This document shows, in pieces, positions 1 to 11,991 of a stretch of DNA of 64,000 nucleotides (positions within the stretch are counted from its first letter, which is position 1; each line of letters starts with the position of its first letter). The stretch is from Selaginella moellendorffii (taxonomy: Eukaryota; Plantae; Lycopodiophyta). The translations under genes were made by a program, and so were the position numbers. Location of the stretch: assembly GCF_000143415.4 (NCBI RefSeq), contig NW_003314306.1, forward strand, positions 1,179,199 to 1,243,198. Direction: 5' to 3'. Under the pieces are notes generated by a model. The model had not been told where the DNA came from. It ran no database searches and saw nothing but the letters and a program-made list of their open reading frames with translations.

Positions 1-687
1 CCGGTGGTGGAAAACGCTGCTTTCTCCTCCTCGCCATCGCCATCTATGGAACAAATCCTCGTGAGAGCCTGTAGCTGCACCCTCAGCTCCTCGGTGTGGA
101 GATAGAGCTCCACAAGGCTCTGAGCACTGCTGCGATCAAACCGAAGATTCAAGGCGGCCGAGTGTCCGTGCAAGATGGTCCTCACAGCAGAAGCAAAAGC
201 CTGATTCAAGAGCGGACAAGCGCCGCCAGCTTTCCTCCTGTGGAAGCCGAGGAAGAAGTCTACAAACCGATCGAGCTGGTACCTGTGCCACCCCGCTCGA
301 GCGAAACACGAGAGTAGCTTGGCCAAAGCGCTGGCGCTGGACGAGAGCCGCCAGAGAGTGGCGATGTTGTGAGCAGTCTTATCGGCAGCTTGCAAGGCAA
401 AGGCCGCGGCGAGGGAGCGCAAGGCTGTGATCGCGGAGGGAAGTCCCTGGAGAGCATGTAAAGAGTCCTTGACGAGCTTTGCCTCCTAGAATCACATTTT
501 CTTCGCAAATTATACTAGATACTAAAGGATACAAGGAGCTTACACTGGAACAAGGAGACGACGGCCGCGGCGCGTGTTTGATCGCCCCACGGATGGCGCA
601 AAACTCGCCGGGCTGCTCCCAGCAGTGTGAGATCTTCGGCGCGGAAGTCTCGAATCCGACCTGGATCCACATTTCTTCCTCCCGCAT
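1..687 (-). CDS. GCP6: Gamma-tubulin complex component 6 (Spc97/Spc98 family), 5' part; continues beyond window start
   Basis: ATG at 687, exon 544-687, 58-bp GT-AG intron (486-543). Exon 2 reads EAKLVKDSLHALQGLPSAI...AADKTAHNIATLWRLSSSASAL...LLNQAFASAVRTIL...LVELYLHTEELRVQLQALTRIC, matching remembered plant GCP6 N-terminal motifs (ADRTFH-IP-LW, LVNQAFA-AVR, LLEVxLHTxELRxQ). Telo-box AAACCCTAA at ~695. Confidence 0.8.
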
Positions 688-869
688 TTTTGCTAAACCC
701 TAATTCTAGCTGGGAATTTTAGTGGTGCAACGTATAGTTCTAAGCTTGAATATTTATTTGATCGCCAATGCTCCAAACAAGGAATCCTCGTCAGCTTGCA
801 GCCTAGCTCAAACTCATCATACCTGTTCGTGTGGCGTTCATCCTCCTTTCTCGTTGAGTTGAGTGTCCT

Positions 870-1600
870 AAGGGACGGGCAAAAAATCACTGCTTTTGCA
901 TATTCATCTAAGTGCCCAATCCCCTGTGCTCAAGTCGTAAACAAACATGATCCCAGATTGGCCTCTGCATGAACAGAACAACGGAAAACCATTCCGACAG
1001 AGCGCTGCCCAGCGTACACTTGATCAAGGATCGATTTATGGGTCTTTGCAGAGACGGCAACCAAGCCACCCTTGTCGTCAACCTTCCACACGCCATAGCC
1101 ATCAACTCCGGACTCCCCTGCCTCGCGGTTGCCTCCCGCATACACCCAGGCACTTGCAAAGTATCGCTGGCCATTGTACTCCCACGGCCTCGCGGTGCAC
1201 AGTCCCGGGAGCGGCAAAACGCAGCGCAGGATCTCTTCATCTGGGTCAACCTTGTCTTCCAGGCCCGTTATAATCCTGCCTACGGCGCAGCGGCTCTCAG
1301 ATTACAGCGTGGACTTGGCGCCCTTGGGAAGAGAAGACCACGAGCGCGTTGCCGAGTCGTAGATGCAGCACCAGCGACCCGAGAAGTCGACAGCGGTGGC
1401 AGGACAGAGAAAGCGACTTTGAAGCCATTCTATGGAGCGGTGGTAGTTCGCTCCACCCTTGGGTCACTGGCTTCCCCACCACCAGGTGAAACACAATCAA
1501 TCATGCCCAATGTAGCCAGGTCCACATAGCTGAGAACCGTCTCCAAAATGTCGCAGCACAGTCTATGATCGTAGCAAGACGTCCTCTTAGTTTCTTCTTT
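870..1600 (-). pseudogene. F-box/kelch-like pseudogene
   Basis: Manual translation gives F-box LCCDILETVLSYVDLATLGMIDCVS, then IYDSATRSWSSLP, VYDLSTGDW and terminal FCPSL in shifting frames with internal stops. Confidence 0.5.
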
Positions 1601-2386
1601 CTAAAGAAGTTATTCCCCGTTATTAACCTCCTCACTGGCTTGTGCTTCTCAACTCTGCCGTCTCATTGAAACTGAGCTTCTCATAAATCTTTCCAATCCT
1701 GATTATCTCCCTCTTTATGCTCAATCTCATCTACTGAGGAGACATCGAAAGTGTTCATTGTAAAGTCATGGCGTGATAAACATCCACCTGTGACGTTCCT
1801 CCAGTCAGATTGAACGTAGAAAACACACAACTTACGTGAATCAGGCGTGGAAGTCTTCCATGCTGGCCAGCCAAACTGATCCCAGAGACGTAATACTGTA
1901 AAGAAATGAGGACTTTAGTCATTAGTGGTCATGTTTTTTCTATTTAGTCGCGGACCTTTTTTTTTCCTACCAGGACAGGGATCTCATGACAATCATCCTC
2001 GAATGCTGCCTTCAAGAGAAAGTTTTCAACACATTTCTACTGTCTCATGATTCACAGATTCTAATTACAAGAAAAAACCAAAGAACCTTCGTAGTTATTT
2101 TCCAACCTTCTGGTGGCACCATTCAATTCCACTCCCTAGACTAAGTGTTGAGTTACAGAATCATGCAACATCTCTGACATGAACATACTTTCTAAGCTGC
2201 TGAAATATCCCACCTCATCATCAAAAACAAATAAAATCCCTTCTTGTTTATCATATTGCTAAAGGTCCTTAAGAATCAATAGAATTCTTATAAGAAAAGG
2301 ATCATAAATTACCATGTAAATCATACTTATCAGTATCTATCACTATAAATTGTTGGCGACAAGGTGATAAGGCGGACAAAGAGAAG

Positions 2387-3030
2387 AGCTTCTTCATCCC
2401 GCCAGTAACCCAATCTGGCTTACAATGCAAATCTCATTGCCCAAGTCGACAACTGTTTCTTGAAGTTTCTGCCAGAGCAAGTTCTCAAGAGCTATGTCTT
2501 CCCGAGCTTTCCAGCTTGCGCACTGCTAATATATCGCTTTGACGATATCCTCACATCCCGCCCTCGTACATTGTTTTGTCCTATAAGCTGGCTCGACATG
2601 GAGCTAAGCTGGATTCTCATCCTCAGCATGAACACTTACATCTGGCTGAGAGAAATGGCTGAACCGTTTATCGATTTCATGCAGGGCTTGAAGCTGGCAG
2701 GAGATGCTTCTGCTTCAGAGATTGGAATCCACCACGTTATGATTGTCAACGACTTGTTCTCCTTCAGGAAAGAACGGGCCACTAGGAACTACCTCAACAT
2801 CATCCGGCCTTGTTGTGGCTTACAATCTAAACCTGGAAATCAACAATGCAATTGCAAAGGTGACAAGCATGATCCAGGAGCTGGAAGAGGAGTTCACACA
2901 AAAGAAGAGAGAAATATAAATGGTCTCTGTGTCAAGGATGGTGTTATGGAGTACCTGGCGGGAATGGAGGAGTAATATAGAATGGTCGTGGCAAACGGCA
3001 CGTAGGCTGGATTCCTCCACCAATAAAGTC
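2387..3030 (+). pseudogene. Microbial-type terpene synthase-like (MTPSL) pseudogene
   Basis: FDDIL (Asp-rich motif relic, ~2538), NDLFSFRKE (NSE/DTE motif, 2748-2774), then frameshifted AIAKVTSMIQELEEEF, YLAGME and EWSWQTAR (WxxxxxRY relic, ~2980-3003). About 650 bp, far short of a full enzyme. Confidence 0.75.
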
Positions 3031-3054
3031 CGCAAGCTTTTCCCTTTGACTCGA

Positions 3055-4038
3055 TTATTTCGATTGTGTTCCTATGTTCCTCCTCGTTCTCTTTAGATAG
3101 CTCGCAGTGGGCTGAATGCTACTGTCCTCCACAAGCATCTCTACAAGCTCTGGAGTATCGGGCCCAAAATTGGTCACCCGAGGCCCCCAGTAGTGATTCA
3201 TCCTCATCTCCTCCTCCTCCGCCACGATCGTCGCCCCAGTCCCCATCGAAAACATGTGTGCGTCGATGCTCGTCGCGCTCTCCACCAGCGATGGCCGAAA
3301 GATTGGCTTCTGTCGGCTGCGAGAACCCGCAATCCTACCCTCGGTCTCACGTTTTCTTCTCTGGTACCGCTCGATCATCCAGTTCCCGGGATCTCCCGCT
3401 GGATTCCCCACGAAGAACATACACTGGAGCAAGATCTGGGACACTTCGCTCGTCTCCGCTCTTCTTTGCACGAATCTGGCCAGAAAGGCCGGGAATGTGT
3501 CCATGGGCGAGAATGGGTACTCGTCCACATCCATCTCAAGCGCCCAAACACTCGATTGATTGTAGTTCGCAAGGAAATGAGCGTAGGAATTCTCCTGCTC
3601 GTAATGGCAATCCGAGCTCTCTAGCATCGGGAAGAGCGAGTAGAAGCGGTGGTACGTGAGAGCACCGGATTCCACATAAGGCCGGAGATTTTCCTCCTGT
3701 GACTCGGATTGACCGTGGGCGGTATCATACCAGTAGATGTGCTCCACACCTGCGCTGCCCATGAATTCGATCCACTGCCGGCACTCGAAGGCCGTGATGT
3801 TGAAGAGATCCGCTGCGAATACCCTGTTAACAATCACCGCGACGAGAAAGAAGCCGTCACCCTCGTGTAGATTGATCATTAGACGGGGGCTCGATTTGTT
3901 GCCAAAGCGGACGAACTCGAGCTGGGAGATCACAAGAAAAATGAGCCACGCTGCCAAAAGTAGCATCCATATTTTCCTATTGATCGTAGTGTTGTTGCTA
4001 CCATTGCCATTCATTGATGATGATCCCAGACGCACCAT
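3055..4038 (-). CDS. Type II membrane GT-A fold glycosyltransferase (GT92/DUF23-like)
   Basis: Intronless 327 aa ORF with N-terminal TM helix, WIEFMGSAGVEHIYWYD, DVDEY (DxD) and a C-terminal NHYW. Confidence 0.75.
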   Translation of the reverse strand: MVRLGSSSMNGNGSNNTTINRKIWMLLLAAWLIFLVISQLEFVRFGNKSSPRLMINLHEGDGFFLVAVIVNRVFAADLFNITAFECRQWIEFMGSAGVEHIYWYDTAHGQSESQEENLRPYVESGALTYHRFYSLFPMLESSDCHYEQENSYAHFLANYNQSSVWALEMDVDEYPFSPMDTFPAFLARFVQRRAETSEVSQILLQCMFFVGNPAGDPGNWMIERYQRRKRETEGRIAGSRSRQKPIFRPSLVESATSIDAHMFSMGTGATIVAEEEEMRMNHYWGPRVTNFGPDTPELVEMLVEDSSIQPTASYLKRTRRNIGTQSK

Positions 4039-5649
4039 GGCGTAGACTCTTGCTTAGATATTTAGTCAAGCTAAATCTGATTGCCTAACTCATCGTTGTT
4101 GGTCGCAAAATCGAATCTTAATGAAACAGCAGATTTGCTGATTATAGTCCCAAGAAACATAAAACTTTATCAATGCAATGCAATTGAATTTAGCCCACAC
4201 CTCTTCGGTCCTTCTAAATATGATAGACCACGCTGCTTTAACACTTAGGGAACATACAAACCAATCGTTGAACTATCACTCTATTTACTTTGTTATCCTT
4301 CTATAGCTGTTATTGTTTTAGAATATTTTAAGAATACTATTTGTAATGGTTTAACAACAACAATATTTTATGATATCAACAACAAAATATTGACACAAAA
4401 CATTAGAGCATAGAGTGTGGAGTGATTTTAATTTATGTTTTCTCTTTTAGTTATCTTTGAAAAATATAAAATTTCCTTTTTTTCTTAAGGCACAAAGCAT
4501 GCAAAGATGGTGTGTTACTTTAACCATTAGCTTTGGACATAACAACCTCATAATGGCAAGAAAAGAAGCTAAAGAATCAATGAAATTTTTATCACTCTTT
4601 CACTAAAACATTTACTATTGATTATTGCTTCCCAAAATCACTCTAAAGAAGTATATAATGAAAATTTTCACGAGTGAACAATGCGTAAACAAGCATTATG
4701 GATTTTAAAGAGCACTGAATAGAGTATGAAACATAGATTATAAAGTAGATTATATAAAATTTTACATTAGAAAATAAAGTATATAATTTGCTTTTATCCC
4801 TCATCATTTTTGGTGTGGTGACTATGGAATTGTTTTGAGTTTTCTTTTTTTTAATTTCTTTTACCTTTCCTTTTCTACATTTCTAAAAGTTATGAAAAAT
4901 AAGTGGTCAAATAGAGTTTGATCAAAGTGTTATTCTAAACCATCATCCCTCACTAAATCATAATTTGTAGTTAGGTTTTTTTTGTCTTCCTGAGGAGTTA
5001 CAAGTTAAAATTCTTTACTTAATCTTTAAAAAACTTCACTTATTTGTTGAGAGCAATAAAAGTCCCAAGTTATCCTAATTCCATTTTCATTGAAAATATA
5101 AAATATTATCTTTACTTTTTCAAAAGTCTTAAAAATGAAAGGTGATTGAGAAAGTGCTCTTAGATATTTCTAGGTTGAGTTTGTGATATTAAATTTAGCT
5201 TTTGGACTTGGCTTATAAGTGGATGCCATGTAAACAGTAGGGATTAAATTTTTATGCTTGTGAGGAAGATATTTAAAACAATGATAGACTAAAAAATATC
5301 TTCATTAAATATATAGATTGGATATATAAGTGATAGTGATAAACAATTTTGGAATAAATCTTTTTATTGTTTGGCCTATTCAAAATTGTATATTAAAGTC
5401 TTGTTTCCAAGATCATGTTTAATAATACAGTTAGCATCATTCAAGAGAATTTGACTTTGAAATTCTTTTAATCATTGTCAATATTCTCATAAAGCATCAT
5501 GAATTGAGGAAAGCTTGGTTACAAATCTGTTACATAGAGTCACATTTGAAAATGTATATCATTACAACAATAATTTGTTATAGATTCTTGAATTTAGAGT
5601 TCCCAAGAGGTCACTTAATTGAGTTTAAATGGGATTTAAATTAAGTTTA

Positions 5650-5967
5650 TAAGAGTTCAAATATAAAAGGAAAATGCCCATGAATAAAAATACACTTACT
5701 TTTCCAATTAGTTAAGGGTTTTAGGAGAATTGGTTAGGATATTTGAGGTTAAGCAATACTATTCAAACTTAAAGATATATAACCCTAAATATCTTAAAAC
5801 CTTTAAATGAGGTGCATTTTTATTTATGAGTTTTTTCCCTCTATATTTAAACTCCAATGCTCCCTTATACCGTTGTCCTAAAAACCCCACTTTCTTGATC
5901 AGCCCTTTCCTTTTATAATTAAATTTTAATAAATCATCTTTCAAAGCATTCTCTTTAGCTGCTTACA
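5650..5967. mobile_element. Cluster of degenerate Cassandra-like LTR fragments in both orientations
   Basis: 5650-5755 (+) and 5755-5853 and 5900-5967 (-) align by eye to the LTR at 44739-44932; reverse-strand TGTAAGC terminus at 5967. Confidence 0.7.
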
Positions 5968-6087
5968 TTTGTCTTATAGCAATTCAAAAGAACCTATAGC
6001 AAAGATTTTTTAGTGCATTCATTCTTTTTGTGGTCTATATATAATTTTAAAATCCTCCTTTGGTGTAACTTATGAAATGCAATTGTT

Positions 6088-6430
6088 AATGTGGCAAGTG
6101 AACTTTGAGGGAGTGTTCAACTTAAAAAAGAAAGTAGCTAGTATTAGAGTTATTTTCACTAATCTAAAAGGCATAAAACACATATTGGATAAATTGTTAT
6201 AAATACCCACACTTACAACCAAGATGAGTATGCTACTTTGATTCAAGAATTGAAGGATGCAAAAGTATTAAGAGCTAAAGATGTGGTTATTATAGGAGAT
6301 TTGAAGGTAATTATGAATTAAGTGAATGGGAGTTAAGCATTTCTATCAAAAGATGGTCTATTCCTTCAAAATCAAACACATTGTAATAAGGAACAACTTT
6401 GAAACAAATTTGCTAGCTCAAGTTGGTAAT
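6088..6430 (+). mobile_element. Degenerate retroelement RNase H (Tat/Ogre-type additional RNase H)
   Basis: MWQVNFEGVF...ASIRVIFTN and NQDEYATLIQELKDAKVLRAKDVVIIGDLKVIMN*VNG resemble WxxxFDGA and NNxAEYxALxxGL...GDSxLVxxQVxG. Confidence 0.6.
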
Positions 6431-9341
6431 AGGAAGTCATAATAACTTAAAGCTTATCATAACAAAGTTAGTAAAAATTTCTTAGAGTGGAGAAGATTCT
6501 AAAATTAATTTTATAGTGTTTATAAATATTTGAATCTTAAAGTTTTTTACTTTTTAGCATTTATATCTAGTGCCCAAATTGATCCCTACAAATTCAGGGC
6601 AACAAATGACACAATGAATGATTACACTGTCCTAAACATTTGCCAACCAGCCTCAACTTCCTCCCTCCCCATGGAAGGTTTGCTTTGAACTCTTGATTGG
6701 ACTGATCAATCAATTGGTGGAACTAGGGAATTTGCACATATGGATGTTGAAAGGTTGAGAAGCCTTGTCACACACAATCCAAATAGCAAAAGCAAAACAT
6801 TCTTATACAGCCATTCCCCTCTTCTTTGTGGATTAGGAGTTTCTGAGGATGGGATGAAATCACACAATTACTGCTGGAATCTTATGAGTGATGGAGTTAA
6901 GGCCACCAGCTTGGATCATTTGCTATACTCTCCCTACTTGGTGCCAATTTTAAGCTCATTTACTTAATTTGGTTTACCATTTTTCATTTCATGGTTGTTC
7001 ACAAAAGAGTAATATTGTGCCTCTCACTAGATCACTCTTTGATTGTAAGAGACTATCCTTTTTATACCATTAGATTTCTGTAATAGACTAAGCATTCAGA
7101 CTTTCATAGTGGAGATCTCTTATTAACCACAATAGCTAAGACTGCACTCCTATTATTGGGAGAGTCAGAGATGGCACAAATTGCTTTAAAGGCCAGATGA
7201 TGGTATGGAGCTTAGTTACCTCCCTACCACCCTTCTACTCCACCCTGCTTTGTGTTCCATCTATCCATGATTGTTAGTAATGGCTCAAATCCTATTTTTG
7301 GTTTGCTTTGATATACCTAAATTATATTTAGATATTCTAGAATATTTTACCATCTAATGGTTGTTATTCATTTAGTAAATATTAAATTAATTCAAACTTA
7401 GATTAATCTTGTATTTATAATTTATAAATATGTTTATAATTTATGAACTTCCTTAAACACTTTCTAGTATATTCTTGTTTATTCTACCATCTAATGGTTG
7501 ATATTCAGTAAGATTAAATCTTGATTTATAAATTATAAACATGTTTATAATTATTGATCAATTGGATTATTTAAATAATACTAAATAGGAATGACACTAA
7601 TATTAAGCAAACCAAGCTGCATGCAATTTGTAGTAAATTATTATTAAATTTGAGAATATTTGTTTAATCTATAGTTATTTTTTATTTTAAACATGTATAA
7701 TAATAATAATCTTAACATTTTAACTTTTATTTTTCAATCCCTAATCAAGGTTTAATGTTCTAATACAATCTGTGCTAAGTTTTTAGTAGATTGCTCCTCC
7801 TTCCCAGTTCTTTCCACAGTCAATCACAGTAAGCTTAACAAAAGTCATCTTTAGCTGCATGGATCCAACTACCTGGAAATAGTGGACTAAGAGCTAGATA
7901 ATTGAGCAATCCCTTCATATTGAGATTGCCTTGTTGTAAAGCATCTAAAGCTCACGATTCTCCCATGGGGTATCATCTTCTTTGTACTGTTTATAGTGCA
8001 AGTCATCTTTTTTATTCTTTTAAAAGCTTTGTAGTTAAATAGAATATATCAAAATCTAGGACTAGCTGGAAGAAGTCCCAAGAATGTTATATTTCTCTAC
8101 TTTTAAATTTCAAATTAGTAAGGATTGGGTACAACTGATTTTAAAAATTAATAAATATAGATTATTTTTTCCTCGCATCAAAGAAAATCTGCTCTTTCTT
8201 GTGCTTTTTTTCAGCACACGAACTTGTGTCAAAAGCCTACTACCAAAGAAATCATAAAGCTTTTGATTCCAACTAATCTGCTCAGGCTGGACCCCATCCA
8301 AGGAATAACTTTGCGTGAACTTGAAATACTTTACCATTGCTGATCATATCAACATTTATCTAAAAAGATTTAAACTTAAATAATAATCAAGGTTTAATAC
8401 TACTTTTTTTAATTAGGTTGGTTCGCTCTAGTAGGTGAAAAAAACTCAAACAAAAGAGAAAGAATCAAGCATGGTTGTAGCTTCTAGAGCATGATAGAAA
8501 TATGAAAACCAAGTCGAATAACACTCCACAAGCACGTGTATATCAACAGTTCTCAGTTCTTGCAGTGACTCACAAGCTAAGTAAATCCTTGAAAACCATC
8601 ACATTGGGAGGTGTAGACACGTGGAGATGAACAGAGAGATCCTTGCGCATGGAGACACCCCAGACACAAAGTACTGCAACATGATTAGCAGGACGAAACG
8701 AGATCCACCTCAAAAGAATGACAATGGACATTGAGCGTCCAAATCATGATAGCATCACGTTATGCAACTTCTAACATGCCTTGTTAAGAACAGAAGAAGT
8801 TTCAGAGATAACTAGCCTCAAATGTTGGGAGTGCAACTGCCTCTATACAGTTCCAAAGTAAAACCACGAGTAAAACATTCAGTTTTGGAGCTCAAACATC
8901 TCATCTGGAGCATCATATTAGATTAGCAACTTTGGAGCACCACGTTAGCTCCTGCTAAGATGCATTTTAAACCCCTTCTCTTCATGAGATGGAAAAAATT
9001 TCTTTTGAGAGTTGGTTTCCTACATTATGTTAGTAGAAGTTGAATAAAAATGTTATCACCAGCATATTAAACATAAAAAATTAATAGCGCAGCAAATTAT
9101 TTACAAATTATGATACAAATCCCTTTAGTTTGTGTGGTAAAGTAAATGCCTTTGTGGACATCATCGCTTGTTCCTTTCAAGCACGGAAAACATAAAAGAG
9201 CACTTGACAAATGGTGGTTTGTGGTGCCCCAGCATGCTTGTGGGACAACTACGTGCTATTGTTTTTGCGTAAAGTTTTTAAAACCATTAGAGCGTTGTTG
9301 TTTCTTTTGCTTTGAAGAAATAATATGTCGAACTATAAACC

Positions 9342-10614
9342 TCAAGCCGGAGTAAAATGGTTGAGCTTCAAGCTTTCCACGCACTCTTTAAGGTTGTGTT
9401 CCAGGCTGTGGAAGCGAAGGCCGAGCTCCTCTTGCAGTTTCCTGGTGGAGATGGCATATGGAGTGGCCTTGGGAGATCCATTGTCTTCACATCTGCTCAC
9501 AAGATCAAAGCGTGATCATCTGGATCAATCTGCGATTTATAACTTACTCTGTTGGGATTGGATACTCTGGATAGAGCTTGCGCAGCGTTTCGACCACGTC
9601 TTCGTAGTGAGTAACCCTCTCCACGCACAAGTACCTCCCGGAAGCATTTGGATTCTCGTAAGCTAGCAAGTGAGCCTCAGCAACATCTCCAACTCCCACC
9701 CATCCCAAACAAGCATTTGAGTAGTGTGTTTTGCTACCTGATCGAAGTCATGATCTTGAAACCACAAACAATAGAAAAAACACTTTTACCATTGATGAGT
9801 TTAAGGATAATCTCGCAGCTGGTGTTCAAAGTAGGCTGCAGGAGCGGTCCAATTACCATGGCAGGATTTATAGTCACCAGGTTAAGTCCTTTCTCTTTGG
9901 CAAACTTCCACGCTTCTTGCTCAGCTAGTGTCTTCGAAAGAATGTACCAGGCCTGCAGAAGGAAAGCAAATGGAGAATTGTCCAGGAGAGGCCTTTCTTA
10001 CCTTCATCTCTCTGCAATAGTCGGGGTCGCTAAAGCAAGACTCATCGACGACCGTGTCGGGCGTTCTCTTGGGATTATACGCCACTGCCGCAGTGGACGA
10101 CGTGACAACCACTTTGGCGACCGAGGGGCTCCGGGAACACGCCTCGAGAACATTGAGAGTTCCTTGTACTGCTGGCTGGATGAGCTGACGCTGCGATCAT
10201 TATACAACACACAAAAGGAGTGAGAAGGAGCGAGAATTCTTTGAAAACTTTCTCAAAACTTACTTCCGGGTCAGCCACGCCTGCCAAGAAGAAAGGAGAG
10301 GCTGTGTGGAAAACACCCTGGCAGTCTTTTACCACATCATTGAATGCGCCGTCCTTGAGAAGATCGGCCTCGACGAGCTCCAATCTCTCCTCCGCGCCAG
10401 GCAGGCCTCGCAAATGCGATGTTCTGCTCGGATCGGCTGGAAACAATCGATCAAAATCTCGCTCCTATCCTATCTCTGGCTAGATTTCGCGCTTACTCAA
10501 GCTCCGCACGGTGCCGCGCACCTTGTAGCCGCGATCCAGCAGCAGCTTCACCAAGAACGATGCGATGAATCCCGACGCGCCGGTCACGCACACCAGCCCC
10601 TTGCCCTTGTCCAT
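9342..10614 (-). CDS. CCR/DFR-like NAD(P)-dependent SDR reductase (phenylacetaldehyde reductase / CCR-like), 6 exons
   Basis: [12 protein letters not shown] Rossmann motif, [18 protein letters not shown], catalytic [10 protein letters not shown] (YxxxK), [11 protein letters not shown]; GT-AG introns. Confidence 0.92.
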
Positions 10615-10716
10615 CGCCGCTCGACTCCCCTGTTCTAGGGCATTCACTCCATCCTCGCTTTTCAAAAGCTCGTAGTCGCGAGAAAAATATTCATTAATCA
10701 TGCTTTGGCACCAAAT

Positions 10717-10788
10717 GTCGGTGAAGTCTAGTGGTGAGTATCTCCGCCTGTCATGCGGAGGACCCGGGTTCGATCCTCGGTGAAGTGG
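10717..10788 (+). tRNA. tRNA-Asp(GTC)-like gene, probably a pseudogene
   Basis: A box TAGTGG, anticodon arm TCCGC-CTGTCAT-GCGGA and T arm CCGGG-TTCGATC-CTCGG are intact. The acceptor stem does not pair (GTCGGTG vs TGAAGTG). A second copy of the 3' half lies at 10827-10864. Confidence 0.75.
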
Positions 10789-11991
10789 AAAATGGTACTA
10801 ATTAATCCTGTTTTGGCAACAATTTCCGCGGAGGACCCGGGTTCGATCCTCGGTCAAGTGGAAAGTTTTGTTAATAGATGAATGGATCTCCATCCTCTGG
10901 ATTGCTGCGGACCACCAAACAAAGAATTGACAAGGAGCCAGCGGTCGCAACTGCAAACAAAGCCTCTTCCACTGGAATATAGAAACATGCCCAACCGCGG
11001 ACAAAGGCTTTTCCGCGGGAATAAAAGCTGCGCATTGGAATAAGTAGCGGCGAAGATGATAGAAAAATTACCAGAATTTTGCAAGCTGGACCATGGCAAA
11101 TGTGACATAACATGGCTACTTCCAAAAGAACCGCTTAACTTAAATCGCCCATCTCTCTTGCTTTTGCGTTTCCTCCTAAGAAAACGAAAGCTTTCCAAGG
11201 GTCAAAGTTTCGCACCAAGCAATATAGATATCGAAGGTACCTGCGATTCCTTTCTTATGCTTGAAAAGTCGTGCGCGCTAACTCTTGCGAAGGAAGGAAT
11301 CAGTTCCGCAGCAGCAATCCGACAAGTCGCTTGGAAGTCATGAGGTGCGCCAACTGATTGAGCTGGTCCGCGGGCCAAGGAAGTAATCGTCCAAGCCGAC
11401 CCTGACGCAAAGGCCAAGACTGTAGATGACGATGACGATTGCTCACCAGCAACGCCTACAGGAAGAATGAGAGTTACTTTGAAGGAACACAAGGAGAAAT
11501 GACGAAGGAAAGACTTATCTTGACAACGAAACCAAAGGTACCTCTGCTTCTCAAAAAATTCTCTTTCTGGAAGCGGAAAAATTAGCTAGAACGGGAGAAA
11601 AGGAAGGCTGCCACACTTACAACACTTTGTTGTATAGTCATGTACATGAGAAAGGTGGGTCATGCCATCAGGCTCTTCATCTTCACTGCAAGCGGAAAAG
11701 ATGAAAAAAAGAAAAAAAAAGAGAAAACGTAAGGTTTTGAGCAAGGGGAAAATAAAAAAGAAAGTAGACAAGGGGTTTTGGTGACGGCTGTTCCGAGTCA
11801 CTCACTTGTTTGCCTGCATTTGCTTGTCACATGAAAATCCGCCATATAGTATCCATTTTTCCAAGGAGCCACTCGAAAGGGGCCAATATCGGTGTTTTCT
11901 CTCTTCTTCGAGCGATGAATTCAACCTCCTCTGTCCTTCTTCCTCTCCAGTTGCATCACCTATAGTGCTGCAGCCATCAAAAGTATCAGTC

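Noticed and set aside
7380-7760. AT-rich motif family also at ~8380, ~46020-46120 and ~47650 (TAATCAAGGTTTA etc.)
   Set aside because: Probably a decayed MITE or DNA transposon, but no TIR or TSD could be fixed, so it was not annotated.
9342-10614. Bona fide cinnamoyl-CoA reductase
   Set aside because: The NWYCY signature is replaced by AWYIL, so it is called CCR-like only.
10880-11560. Coding-like stretch between the tRNA relic and the GH79 gene
   Set aside because: All frames are interrupted and no motif was recognised; it could be another relic but is unsupported.
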